NCBI GenBank assembly: GCA_021815315.1
Contig: JAKAHB010000001.1
Span: 54,580 to 115,450, forward strand
DNA length: 60,871 nucleotides
Source: a bacterium
GTDB taxonomy: Bacteria > Patescibacteriota > Minisyncoccia > Portnoybacterales > JAKAHB01
Direction of reading: 5' to 3'
Shown here: piece by piece, positions 46,399-53,837 of the stretch
How the letters are laid out: the number at the start of each line of letters is the position of its first letter
Position numbering within the stretch: position 1 is the first letter of the stretch
Notes under the pieces: model-generated
Databases searched by the model: none
The model's input: only the letters and a program-made list of their open reading frames with translations
Told to the model about the DNA's origin: nothing
Position numbers and translations under genes: made by a program

Positions 46399-46743
46399 AT
46401 GAAAAAGAAAATTATGTCAGCCCTTTCGTCTTTGGCGATTTTAGCCCTGCCTTTAACGGCCGGCGCTCAACAGGCTTTGCCGACAATAACGGCACGTTCC
46501 GGGTCCTTGGATCAAGGCGCCGTGACTTCGATTTTGGGAAAAGTGGCCACTTTTGCCTTGGGTATCATCGGCGGCGTGGCGGTTATTATGATTTTGTATG
46601 CTGCCTTTTTGTTTGTAACTTCACAGGGTGGTGAAAGCACCACCAAGGCGAGAAAGACCCTGACTTGGGGAATCATTGGTGTGGTAGTTGCGATTCTTTC
46701 TTACGCGCTTATCAACTTTGTTTCTTCTTTCTTCGCCAGTTAG
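46399..46743 (+). CDS. TrbC/VirB2-like pilin-like protein (paralog 3)
   Basis: Start MKKKIMSAL follows AGGGAGGTGA; the track start is 46375. It has a signal peptide ending in AGAQQ and two TM helices with an FVTSQGG loop. Confidence 0.55.
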   Translation: MKKKIMSALSSLAILALPLTAGAQQALPTITARSGSLDQGAVTSILGKVATFALGIIGGVAVIMILYAAFLFVTSQGGESTTKARKTLTWGIIGVVVAILSYALINFVSSFFAS

Positions 46744-46767
46744 TTTTTGTTTAAAACTTTCTATCTC

Positions 46768-46799
46768 AAAACCGCCTCTTTTGGAGGCGGTTTTGTTGT
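46768..46799 (+). terminator. Terminator after the pilin triplet
   Basis: aaaACCGCCTCttttgGAGGCGGTtttgttg. Confidence 0.65.
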
Positions 46800-46890
46800 C
46801 TTTGTTCTGCGAGGGTTGAGTTTCTGGGCCGGCGCTTTCTTTGCTCTCGTCCAGAAAATTCTAGCCTCGCTCAAGACGGACGAGGAAATA

Positions 46891-46945
46891 AATAAAAAAA
46901 GCCCGGGAGAAGAGAGAACGACGAGGCGCTCTTCCTCTCCCGGGC
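46891..46945 (-). terminator. Strong terminator of the high-GC three-gene operon
   Basis: The minus strand reads GCCCGGGAGA...TCTCCCGGGC followed by TTTTTTTATTT, 7 nt after the stop of the 346-aa ORF. Confidence 0.7.
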
Positions 46946-46951
46946 AGGGGG

Positions 46952-47992
46952 TCAAAGCGAGCCGATATGCGGCTCGCCCAGCCGGGGCTTAGCCCCGGCT
47001 GGATAACGGATGACGATCCGGAACTCCCGGTCCAGGGGGTTATTCATCTTTAGGCCAGTGTCGCCTGGGGGGACCGAAACGGTCTTACCCCAAGGCCGGT
47101 TGTCAATCGTCCGCCAATGAGCGGTAAAACCGCTCGGATTGGCCAAAACCGGCCAGCTAACCTGACCCCGAGGAGGGACCACCGTGGGCAAGATCTCCTC
47201 GACGAACTGTTGCCCGGCGGCGTGCGCGAGCGGCTTGTCCAGCTCGCTTTCCAGCTCCGGGAACTGCCAGTGGGTTAGCCCCGCGGCTAAACCACTAAGG
47301 AGCAGTAATCCGCCCAGGAAGCCGAAGAAGTTCCTGGCCGGCATCCTGGAGCCAAACACCAGGGCGAGGGCCAGAAAGATGGCGCCAAGGGTGAGGCAGA
47401 CGATGCCGGCTCCCCTTAAGGCCGACTTCTTGGCTCGGGCTTGAGACAGGCTGTTCTTGAGCTCTTCGCTCTTTTGGCGGTTCTTGCCAATTTCCTTGAT
47501 GACCGTCATGGTTTGGGTTTGGGCCTGCTCCAGGCTCAATGTCCCCCGATCCAGGCCGGAGCGAATCTCGGCTAGTTTCTTGCCGTCTTCTGCCCCGATC
47601 CGGTCCTCTAGGTTCTGCAGGTGCGCGCCCGCTTCGCGGCGGGAGCGCAGCATCTCGGGGTTGGTCTGGAGAAAGACCTCCAGATCGCGCGCTAGGAGCG
47701 CGCGCCGGGCGGCTTCTCCCGACATCCCCGTGTAGGAGTCAAAAGACGTTGTGGTTGCCGTCCACCAGTCCCGGGCGACGGTGCCCAGGAGCCCAGTGGA
47801 GAGCATGACCAGCATGCTTGCCGCAATCACGAGGTTGCGGCCGCGGAAGAGGGGAACGGTCTGCAACAACCATCCCCAGATGAAGACCACGGCGCCGATG
47901 GCAAACACCGTCCAGATGGTGTCCACATAACCGGCGATCCTCAAGACTATCGCCAGCGGCACTCCGGCCGCCAACACTACCCAATGGGGCAT
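46952..47992 (-). CDS. High-GC polytopic membrane protein with central coiled-coil and beta-rich C-terminal domain, unknown family
   Basis: 346 aa. About 3-4 N-terminal TMs, a charged helical region of about 110 aa (ARDLEVFLQTNPEMLRSRREAGAHLQNLEDRIGAEDGKKLAEIRSGL...), two more TMs, then VSWPVLANPSGFTAHWRTIDNRPWGKTVSVPPGD... An AAGGAAGGAGAGGG RBS precedes it. Confidence 0.6.
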   Translation of the reverse strand: MPHWVVLAAGVPLAIVLRIAGYVDTIWTVFAIGAVVFIWGWLLQTVPLFRGRNLVIAASMLVMLSTGLLGTVARDWWTATTTSFDSYTGMSGEAARRALLARDLEVFLQTNPEMLRSRREAGAHLQNLEDRIGAEDGKKLAEIRSGLDRGTLSLEQAQTQTMTVIKEIGKNRQKSEELKNSLSQARAKKSALRGAGIVCLTLGAIFLALALVFGSRMPARNFFGFLGGLLLLSGLAAGLTHWQFPELESELDKPLAHAAGQQFVEEILPTVVPPRGQVSWPVLANPSGFTAHWRTIDNRPWGKTVSVPPGDTGLKMNNPLDREFRIVIRYPAGAKPRLGEPHIGSL

Positions 47993-48009
47993 GGCCCTCT
48001 CCTTCCTTG

Positions 48010-48705
48010 TTAGTGGCGGCGAATGAGCCGCTCAACAAAGCCGCCAAAGACTTCGCTCAAGATCTCTAAGGGGATGAAGACTTGGAACATCTTCCAGAAG
48101 TTCCCCTTGGTCGTTGTCGTCGCGGTGGCGTCCGTCGTGGTGGGGGCTTCCAGCGAAATCCGTTGGTGCCGCAGTTGGTGGTTGTCTACCGCCCACCAGT
48201 AGGCGCTCCGAATTTCGTCCCAGAGCGCCACCGGGGTGGACACCAGCGCCAGCAAGAAGCTGGCTCCGCAGAGCCACCACCATAGCCAGGTGCCTTGCGG
48301 CTTGGCCGAAGCGGCAACTTCCGCAACAGCCTGTTGCTCCAAGCGGAGCTTTTCTTGGGGCGAAGGCCCCCAGGCGCTCGGCCAATAGTTTTGGGCTATT
48401 GACCTTTCTGTCCCCTGTTCCACCTTCGGAGCAACAGGGGACTTATTAACCGGCGGGCCGCCGCCTTGGATGATGGCGTTGACCAGCAGACCAAGGAAAG
48501 CCACCCAGAAAATGACCAGCGCCCAGTTGTTGAGGCACTGGTTCTTCATCAGTCGCCACCACAGCCAGCCCGAAAGAAGCGAGCCGGCGATGACAAAAGA
48601 CGTTTTGGACCCCAGCAGAAGCGAAGCGGCCAAAGCCGCCGCTCCGGTGAGTAACAGCCAGAGGCCGGGGTAACCGGCCCAGCGCCAATGCCAGAACCAG
48701 TTCAT
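48010..48705 (-). CDS. High-GC Trp-rich 4-TM membrane protein, unknown family
   Basis: I place the start at MNWFWHWRW, where TGATG overlaps the upstream stop and GGAAGGAGG lies 5 nt upstream. The track gives 48738. Confidence 0.55.
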   Translation of the reverse strand: MNWFWHWRWAGYPGLWLLLTGAAALAASLLLGSKTSFVIAGSLLSGWLWWRLMKNQCLNNWALVIFWVAFLGLLVNAIIQGGGPPVNKSPVAPKVEQGTERSIAQNYWPSAWGPSPQEKLRLEQQAVAEVAASAKPQGTWLWWWLCGASFLLALVSTPVALWDEIRSAYWWAVDNHQLRHQRISLEAPTTTDATATTTTKGNFWKMFQVFIPLEILSEVFGGFVERLIRRH

Positions 48706-48983
48706 CACAGCCTCCTTCCGCGAAAGGTCTCTCTCCAAATGTGCTGACCGCCGAAAGCGGCCAGCTCAATTTCTATGTGCCGATGCTCGCCCGGGATAAG
48801 GGTGAATTCGTGCTCCGCCCGGCCGTCGGTGTCAGCCAGGACAAACGACTTCACCTTGTTGGTCCGGACGATGATCCTTGTGCCCGGAACTCCTTGGCTG
48901 TTCTCACCACCGACAAAAAGTCGGATGGTGACGGTGTTTTTGTCTCGTTCTGGATGGACATCCAGGAACTTCGGGGTGGTCAT
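48705..48983 (-). CDS. High-GC small soluble beta-rich protein (prealbumin/CarboxypepD_reg-like pattern, tentative)
   Basis: 92 aa. VTIRLFVGGENSQGVPGTRIIVRTN...TDGRAEHEFTLIPGEH. AGGAGGG lies 5 nt upstream of the ATG. No signal peptide. Confidence 0.55.
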   Translation of the reverse strand: MTTPKFLDVHPERDKNTVTIRLFVGGENSQGVPGTRIIVRTNKVKSFVLADTDGRAEHEFTLIPGEHRHIEIELAAFGGQHIWRETFRGRRL

Positions 48984-49049
48984 AATTCCCTCCTGATCTA
49001 ACGCGCAAGGCGTGCTTTTTATTTAGTTGTTAGGGTACTGATTCTTAAC

Positions 49050-49079
49050 ATTATAGCACAAGGACTCGATATTTGTCAA
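49050..49079 (-). promoter_or_regulatory. Near-consensus sigma70 promoter of the high-GC operon
   Basis: The minus strand reads TTGACA, an 18-nt spacer, then TATAAT, within an AT-rich stretch about 65 nt upstream of the first ATG. Confidence 0.55.
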
Positions 49080-49148
49080 GGGCAAACGTTCGCCAAAAAA
49101 ATCGCCGGTTTAAGCGATTTTTTTGGCGAGTGGCTAGTCTCAATTTTT

Positions 49149-49233
49149 TGGTGCCGATGGTGGGACTTGAACCCACACGAGTTTCCTCACTAGGTCCTAA
49201 ACCTAGCGCGTCTGCCAGTTCCGCCACATCGGC
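49149..49233 (-). tRNA. tRNA-Leu (anticodon TAG), class II, CCA encoded
   Basis: Acceptor GCCGATG/CATCGGC, anticodon stem CTAGG/CCTAG with loop TTTAGGA, long variable arm. Confidence 0.85.
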
Positions 49234-49254
49234 AATTCCAAGTTATCCAGCGTC

Positions 49255-51015
49255 TTATTCCAGCGGATTTTTTTCTATTTTATGATACAATGCCGGCGAT
49301 TTATAATTGGAAAAAAAAGTTTGCATTCGAACCAGTTTTTCATTTTTCCAAACCTCTTGGGTCAAAATAGTTTTCATTGAGCCATCGGGATTGGCCTCCA
49401 GCACGAAAGGCCCTTTTAGCCGAGTTTCTCTTCCGTCGGCAGTGCCAAAAATCTCAAAGAAAATTTTATTCCCTTTGATGTAGGATTGCAAGAGAAGATT
49501 GTTGGGGGTGTCATTTTTGAACCGCAAATCGGGGTGGGGGGGATAGATGGTTGAATCAAAACCTTGAGGATTGTAATAGGCAACCGGATAAGCGTGAGGC
49601 GTCCTTTCCGTGATTGGCAGCCCGGCGTTAACCGCGGCCCGGAACAAGGTGGTAGAAACCTGGCAAAGCCCGCCGCCGTATTCGGGAATGGTTCTGTTAT
49701 CTTTAATAACCAACTCCGGCAGATAACCGGAAGCCGCGTCAACGCTCCCCAGCAGTCCGTTAAAAGAAAATTCTTTCTCGGCTTGCAGCAAAATTCCATC
49801 AAACTTAGCCGCTCCTGTTTTGATATTATATCTTCGATTGACCGGCGAGCCGGAAAAATCGGAAACGCCGGTGGCCAGCAAGGAGACAAGGCCCAAATTT
49901 GCAAGCGACCGGGAATCAATTCGCGGTTTGACCTCTACGACCGTCAAATTAATGTTTCTCGCGCCTTCAAAGAGAACTTTTTTAACAATTTTGAGACTGG
50001 CATCAATGTTCAGTTTCTGCCCGGCTTGCGAGACTTGAGTCGCGACTACTTCATTGTTTTCGTTCACTTGGAGTCGCGCGTTTGAGGGCTCGCGGTTAAT
50101 TGTGGGAGCCAATTGCGCGAGCGTGGTGGTGATGGCATCTTCATTTAAGTCGGGAAAAATAAATTTGATTTTTGAATCATTGTTGGTTTCGTTTTCAGTC
50201 ATTGGCGATGTAAACTTGGTCCAGAGAGCTTGCAATTTTTTGTAATCTTCTTGGTTGACAATCCTAAAGTCAAGCCAGCCAAAAATGTCGTTAGCGTCGT
50301 AGCTCCAAGTTTCTTGATTGAAGCGGAAAGTTACAGGGACCAGAGAGATGATTCTGTTGGTTAACCAAAGAGCGGTGGTTGCCTGACGGCTATCAACGAT
50401 TGGGTTTTTGTCAATCAGTCGTAAATTAACCTTGGTTGGAAGCAGGCGGGGAGGGTTGGTCAAGATTGAACGCAGAAGAACTTCTCGGTCAAAAACCTTT
50501 CCGATGCGGCTGGGTTCAAGATAGGCCACCTTGGTTTTGGGGTTTATTTTAATTTGCGCGTCTTGGGGTTGTGATTCTTTTGCTGCCAAATCGCTCAAGA
50601 AAGCGTGTAATTTTTTCTGGTCAACCACCAAGGTCAACTCAATTTCTTTTTTTAGGAACAAACTTTTTAATTGAAGCCCGGTCTTTTCCGGCCAGGAGCC
50701 GGTATGGCCGTTATTTTTCAAGACTTGCAAGGCGGGCCTGGGATCAAGGCTCAAGCCCAGAGAAGAAGGCTGAAGTGATAATTTTTTTTGCTCAATAACA
50801 ATCTCCACGGGGCTGCTAAGGTAGTCGCTTATTGACTGGCTCAGTTTCTGCTCCGCTTGGTCGGAATTTAGCCCGCCATAAGGAGAGTCGGCCACGATTG
50901 TTCCCAAGATAACCTTATCTTGGTTGAGCCAATTGAGCCAAAGAGACAATAACAAAATCAGGGCGATTAAACCGCCGGTAAGCAAAAAAGTTTTTTTCAA
51001 AAAAGAGGTAAACAT
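49255..51015 (-). CDS. VanW-family protein with N-terminal membrane anchor
   Basis: The C-terminal GGGLCQVSTTLFRAAVNAGLPITERTPHAYPVAYY is the VanW core. Confidence 0.8.
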   Translation of the reverse strand: MFTSFLKKTFLLTGGLIALILLLSLWLNWLNQDKVILGTIVADSPYGGLNSDQAEQKLSQSISDYLSSPVEIVIEQKKLSLQPSSLGLSLDPRPALQVLKNNGHTGSWPEKTGLQLKSLFLKKEIELTLVVDQKKLHAFLSDLAAKESQPQDAQIKINPKTKVAYLEPSRIGKVFDREVLLRSILTNPPRLLPTKVNLRLIDKNPIVDSRQATTALWLTNRIISLVPVTFRFNQETWSYDANDIFGWLDFRIVNQEDYKKLQALWTKFTSPMTENETNNDSKIKFIFPDLNEDAITTTLAQLAPTINREPSNARLQVNENNEVVATQVSQAGQKLNIDASLKIVKKVLFEGARNINLTVVEVKPRIDSRSLANLGLVSLLATGVSDFSGSPVNRRYNIKTGAAKFDGILLQAEKEFSFNGLLGSVDAASGYLPELVIKDNRTIPEYGGGLCQVSTTLFRAAVNAGLPITERTPHAYPVAYYNPQGFDSTIYPPHPDLRFKNDTPNNLLLQSYIKGNKIFFEIFGTADGRETRLKGPFVLEANPDGSMKTILTQEVWKNEKLVRMQTFFSNYKSPALYHKIEKNPLE

Positions 51016-51188
51016 TAAAGAGATTTTTTACGACAAGCAGCGCTCTTATAGCCGCCAAGAAGTCTTTACTTTTCATCATAGCATCCAAATTTTTGTCTTG
51101 GCAACGTGCCAGCCGCTGGCTAGAGTTTGTAGCCGACAATAAAACTCCGGACAAACCGGAGTTTTAAAGTAGGAGTCACGGGATTATC

Positions 51189-51707
51189 TTAAAAGCCCTT
51201 TACTTTGATTTTTCTGGTTTTCACTTTTTCAATCTTGGGAAGGCGGATAGTCAAAATCCCATTTTTCATGCTGGCTTCAGCGGCATCAGCCTCCACATCC
51301 ACCGGCAAAATAATTGAACGGGAAAATGTTCCCCAGTAGCATTCTTGGTAATAATAATCTTCGGAATTAATATCTTCGTCTTTTTCTCGCTTGCCTTTTA
51401 TCGTCACCATATCGTTGGTTAAGGTTAAGTCCAAATCGGACGGGTCAACCCCGGCGATGGTTGACTTGATAACAATGTCATTGGGGGTTTGGTAAACGTC
51501 AATCGTCAGCTGGCCTTCGGAATCGGGTAACCATTGATCCGAAGCTGTCTCCCCAAAAACTTCCGGGCGCGCTTCTTCGGGCTCGTCGTTTAACGGTTCC
51601 TCGTTGGCGGGGCGGTTGATATTTTTGATTTCTCTGGCGTCTATTTCATCTTCCATTTCCAGGGTTCCAGTCAGCCGTTCAAGAAGAGAAGGTTTTTTTG
51701 GGGGCAT
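51189..51707 (-). CDS. Hsp20/alpha-crystallin small heat-shock protein
   Basis: EGQLTIDVYQTPNDIVIKSTIAGVDPSDLDLTL...FSRSIILPVDV...ASMKNGILTIRLPK. Confidence 0.85.
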   Translation of the reverse strand: MPPKKPSLLERLTGTLEMEDEIDAREIKNINRPANEEPLNDEPEEARPEVFGETASDQWLPDSEGQLTIDVYQTPNDIVIKSTIAGVDPSDLDLTLTNDMVTIKGKREKDEDINSEDYYYQECYWGTFSRSIILPVDVEADAAEASMKNGILTIRLPKIEKVKTRKIKVKGF

Positions 51708-51725
51708 GATGTTTATTTTCCCGGC

Positions 51726-51758
51726 AACAGGAATATTCTCCTAGTCAACATTCCTGTT
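51726..51758. promoter_or_regulatory. Perfect 9-bp inverted repeat in the hsp20 upstream region
   Basis: AACAGGAAT, a 15-nt spacer, then ATTCCTGTT. The repeat ends 18 nt upstream of the ATG (minus-strand sense). Confidence 0.4.
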
Positions 51759-51773
51759 AGCGTAAAATTTTGT

Positions 51774-52520
51774 TTAATTATTTTTTAATTCGCAAGTTGA
51801 AGATTTATTTTCAAGGCGTCTGAATTGCGAGAGAACCGTAAGAGTCATTAAGAGCAGCAGGAAGAAGGTTGCCAACGTGAACAATCCCGGCCCTTCAATT
51901 CCTTGTTGGTAGATAAAATAATTATAGCAACTGTGCAGAATGGTCGCAAGTAAAAAACCGAACCAAGCTAAAAATTTATTTGATTTTTGCAAAGACTTGG
52001 CGACCCAATAGCCGGCGATAGCAGTGGCGGAAGCGTGCAGCAGGGTTGAGCTGACAAAGCGGAAAGAGAGAAGCAGAAAAACTCCTTTTAGCGTTTGCTC
52101 TTGCAAAACGGATAATAAATTTTCAATACCGGCAAATCCCAAACCGACTACGACGCAGTATATCATTACGTCGGATGGTTCGTCAAAAAAAGTTTTTTTT
52201 AGCAGATTGAAATAAACAATACCGATTTTCAGGGCCTCTTCAACCAGCGGGCCGATGAAAAAAATCAACAAAAGAAGGGTTAATTGAGGGGCCGAGGAGA
52301 GAGAAAAAAGCGACCGACCAAAGCTGGGCTCAAGAACAAACCTGAAACCAAGTTCCAAAAGCAAAGCCGGCGCCGCCAATAAGATGCCCCAGAAAAAAAT
52401 TTTTACGAGCAGACCTTTTGGTTCGGGATGCTTGTCTTCGCGGTAATAAAAAATGAGCCAGAGCAAGCTGGGGACAAAAGCGGCGACGGCAACGAGTAAC
52501 TTTGATGAATAAAAAAACAT
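51774..52520 (-). CDS. PrsW-family intramembrane metalloprotease
   Basis: Multi-TM with GPLVEEALK and HASATAIAGY...HSCYN motifs. Confidence 0.7.
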   Translation of the reverse strand: MFFYSSKLLVAVAAFVPSLLWLIFYYREDKHPEPKGLLVKIFFWGILLAAPALLLELGFRFVLEPSFGRSLFSLSSAPQLTLLLLIFFIGPLVEEALKIGIVYFNLLKKTFFDEPSDVMIYCVVVGLGFAGIENLLSVLQEQTLKGVFLLLSFRFVSSTLLHASATAIAGYWVAKSLQKSNKFLAWFGFLLATILHSCYNYFIYQQGIEGPGLFTLATFFLLLLMTLTVLSQFRRLENKSSTCELKNN

Positions 52521-52578
52521 TACAAATTTATTATAGCTTGTCTTAAAAAAATAAAAAAAGACCGGAGCTTTGTTCGAA

Positions 52579-53652
52579 TTAAAATCTCAGATTGGCGGCC
52601 GCTTTGATTTGGCGCCACTTTTTCGGTTTAGTCCCGCTGCGGATGTCCAGCAGGGCCGCTAGGGCAATCATTAACGCGTTGTCGGTGCAAAGCTCTTGAG
52701 GGGGCAACAAAAATTCAACCTTCATTTCCGCGGCAACCCGCGTTAGGGCCTTTCTTAATTTTTTGTTTGAGGCTACTCCGCCGCTCATTATTAAGGTTTT
52801 TGGAGAAAATTTTTGGAGGGCTCGCTTGATTTTCACGGCCAAGGTTTCAATGATGGCGTTCTCAAAAGAGGCGCAGAGATTGTCAACGGTAGCAGGCGAA
52901 AGTTTTCCGGTTTGTCTTTGCAAGTCTTTTACCAAATAAAGCAAAGCCGTTTTTAAACCAGAAAAACTGAAATCAAAATTAGGTTGGCCGATCATGGGGC
53001 GAGGCAGGGGATATTGGTCGGGATTTTTTGCCCGACTGGCGTGTTGAGAAACAAGCGGTCCCCCCGGATAGCCCAAGCCCAACAACTTCGCAGCCTTATC
53101 AAAAGCTTCTCCGGCGGCGTCATCTCTGGTTTCTCCAATGATTTTCAGCTTTTTCCAGCTCTCGGCCAAGATAATTTCCGTGTGTCCTCCAGAGACAATC
53201 AAGACCAGGGCCGGGAAAATATTATCACGGAAAGTAAAAGATTTTTTCGTACCGGCGATTAAACCGGCGGCCAGATGCCCCCGGAGATGGTTAACTCCGG
53301 CCAAAGGCTTTTGCCAAGAGAGGGCAAGGGCTTTGGCGGCGGTTACGCCCACCAACAAAGCGGGAATTAGCCCCGGGCCTTGAGTGACCGCGAACAAATC
53401 GGGAGCCCTTTTTGTTTTTTTAAAAGTTTGGTCTATCAAGACGGGTAGATTTTTTTGGTGTTCTCGGGCGGCTAAATTAGGGACAACTCCGCCGAAAGGA
53501 GCGTGGACTTTAATTTGCGAAGAAATAAGGTTTGATAAGACTTTTATTTTTTTAGCGCCAAATTCCAAAACAGCCACGCCCGTGTCGTCGCAACTGGTTT
53601 CAACGGCCAAAATTGTTTGGGTTTTGTTTTTGAGCATCGCTTCTTGGGACAA
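52579..53652 (-). CDS. tsaD: tRNA N6-adenosine threonylcarbamoyltransferase
   Basis: ILAVETSCDDTGVAVLE...HLRGHL...SGGHTE...GGVASN. Confidence 0.9.
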   Translation of the reverse strand: MSQEAMLKNKTQTILAVETSCDDTGVAVLEFGAKKIKVLSNLISSQIKVHAPFGGVVPNLAAREHQKNLPVLIDQTFKKTKRAPDLFAVTQGPGLIPALLVGVTAAKALALSWQKPLAGVNHLRGHLAAGLIAGTKKSFTFRDNIFPALVLIVSGGHTEIILAESWKKLKIIGETRDDAAGEAFDKAAKLLGLGYPGGPLVSQHASRAKNPDQYPLPRPMIGQPNFDFSFSGLKTALLYLVKDLQRQTGKLSPATVDNLCASFENAIIETLAVKIKRALQKFSPKTLIMSGGVASNKKLRKALTRVAAEMKVEFLLPPQELCTDNALMIALAALLDIRSGTKPKKWRQIKAAANLRF

Positions 53653-53743
53653 GAGTCAGGCTTTATTTTAAGCCGTTTCTTGATTTTTTTCAAGATATCG
53701 GGTATATTTTTATTGCCGGTGTTTGTCGGCTTTTTATTTAGCT

Positions 53744-53815
53744 GGCCCGTTCGTCTAGTGGTTAGGACTCCAGGTTTTCATCCTGGCAACAGGGGTTCGA
53801 TTCCCCTACGGGCTA
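53744..53815 (+). tRNA. tRNA-Glu (anticodon TTC)
   Basis: Acceptor GGCCCGT/ACGGGCT (G1-U72 wobble), anticodon stem CCAGG/CCTGG with loop TTTTCAT. Confidence 0.8.
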
Positions 53816-53837
53816 CGATTTTACACAAAGTTTCGGA

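Noticed and set aside
46769-46795. Similarity between the pilin-operon terminator (ttttggaggcggttttg) and the tRNA-Leu(TAG) 3' end (ttttggtgccgatggtg), considered as a possible distal att of the three-gene island.
   Set aside because: Only about 12 of 17 positions match, and the sequence is fully explained as a terminator hairpin. No convincing direct repeat bounds this island.
47184-48769. Antisense and alternate-frame ORFs within the three-gene operon (47457-47735 +, 47539-47808 +, 48032-48385 -, 48114-48449 +, 48446-48769 -).
   Set aside because: They are Arg/Pro/Ser-rich shadow frames of high-GC coding sequence. They lack starts with a ribosome-binding site, whereas the three chosen frames are coupled and RBS-preceded.
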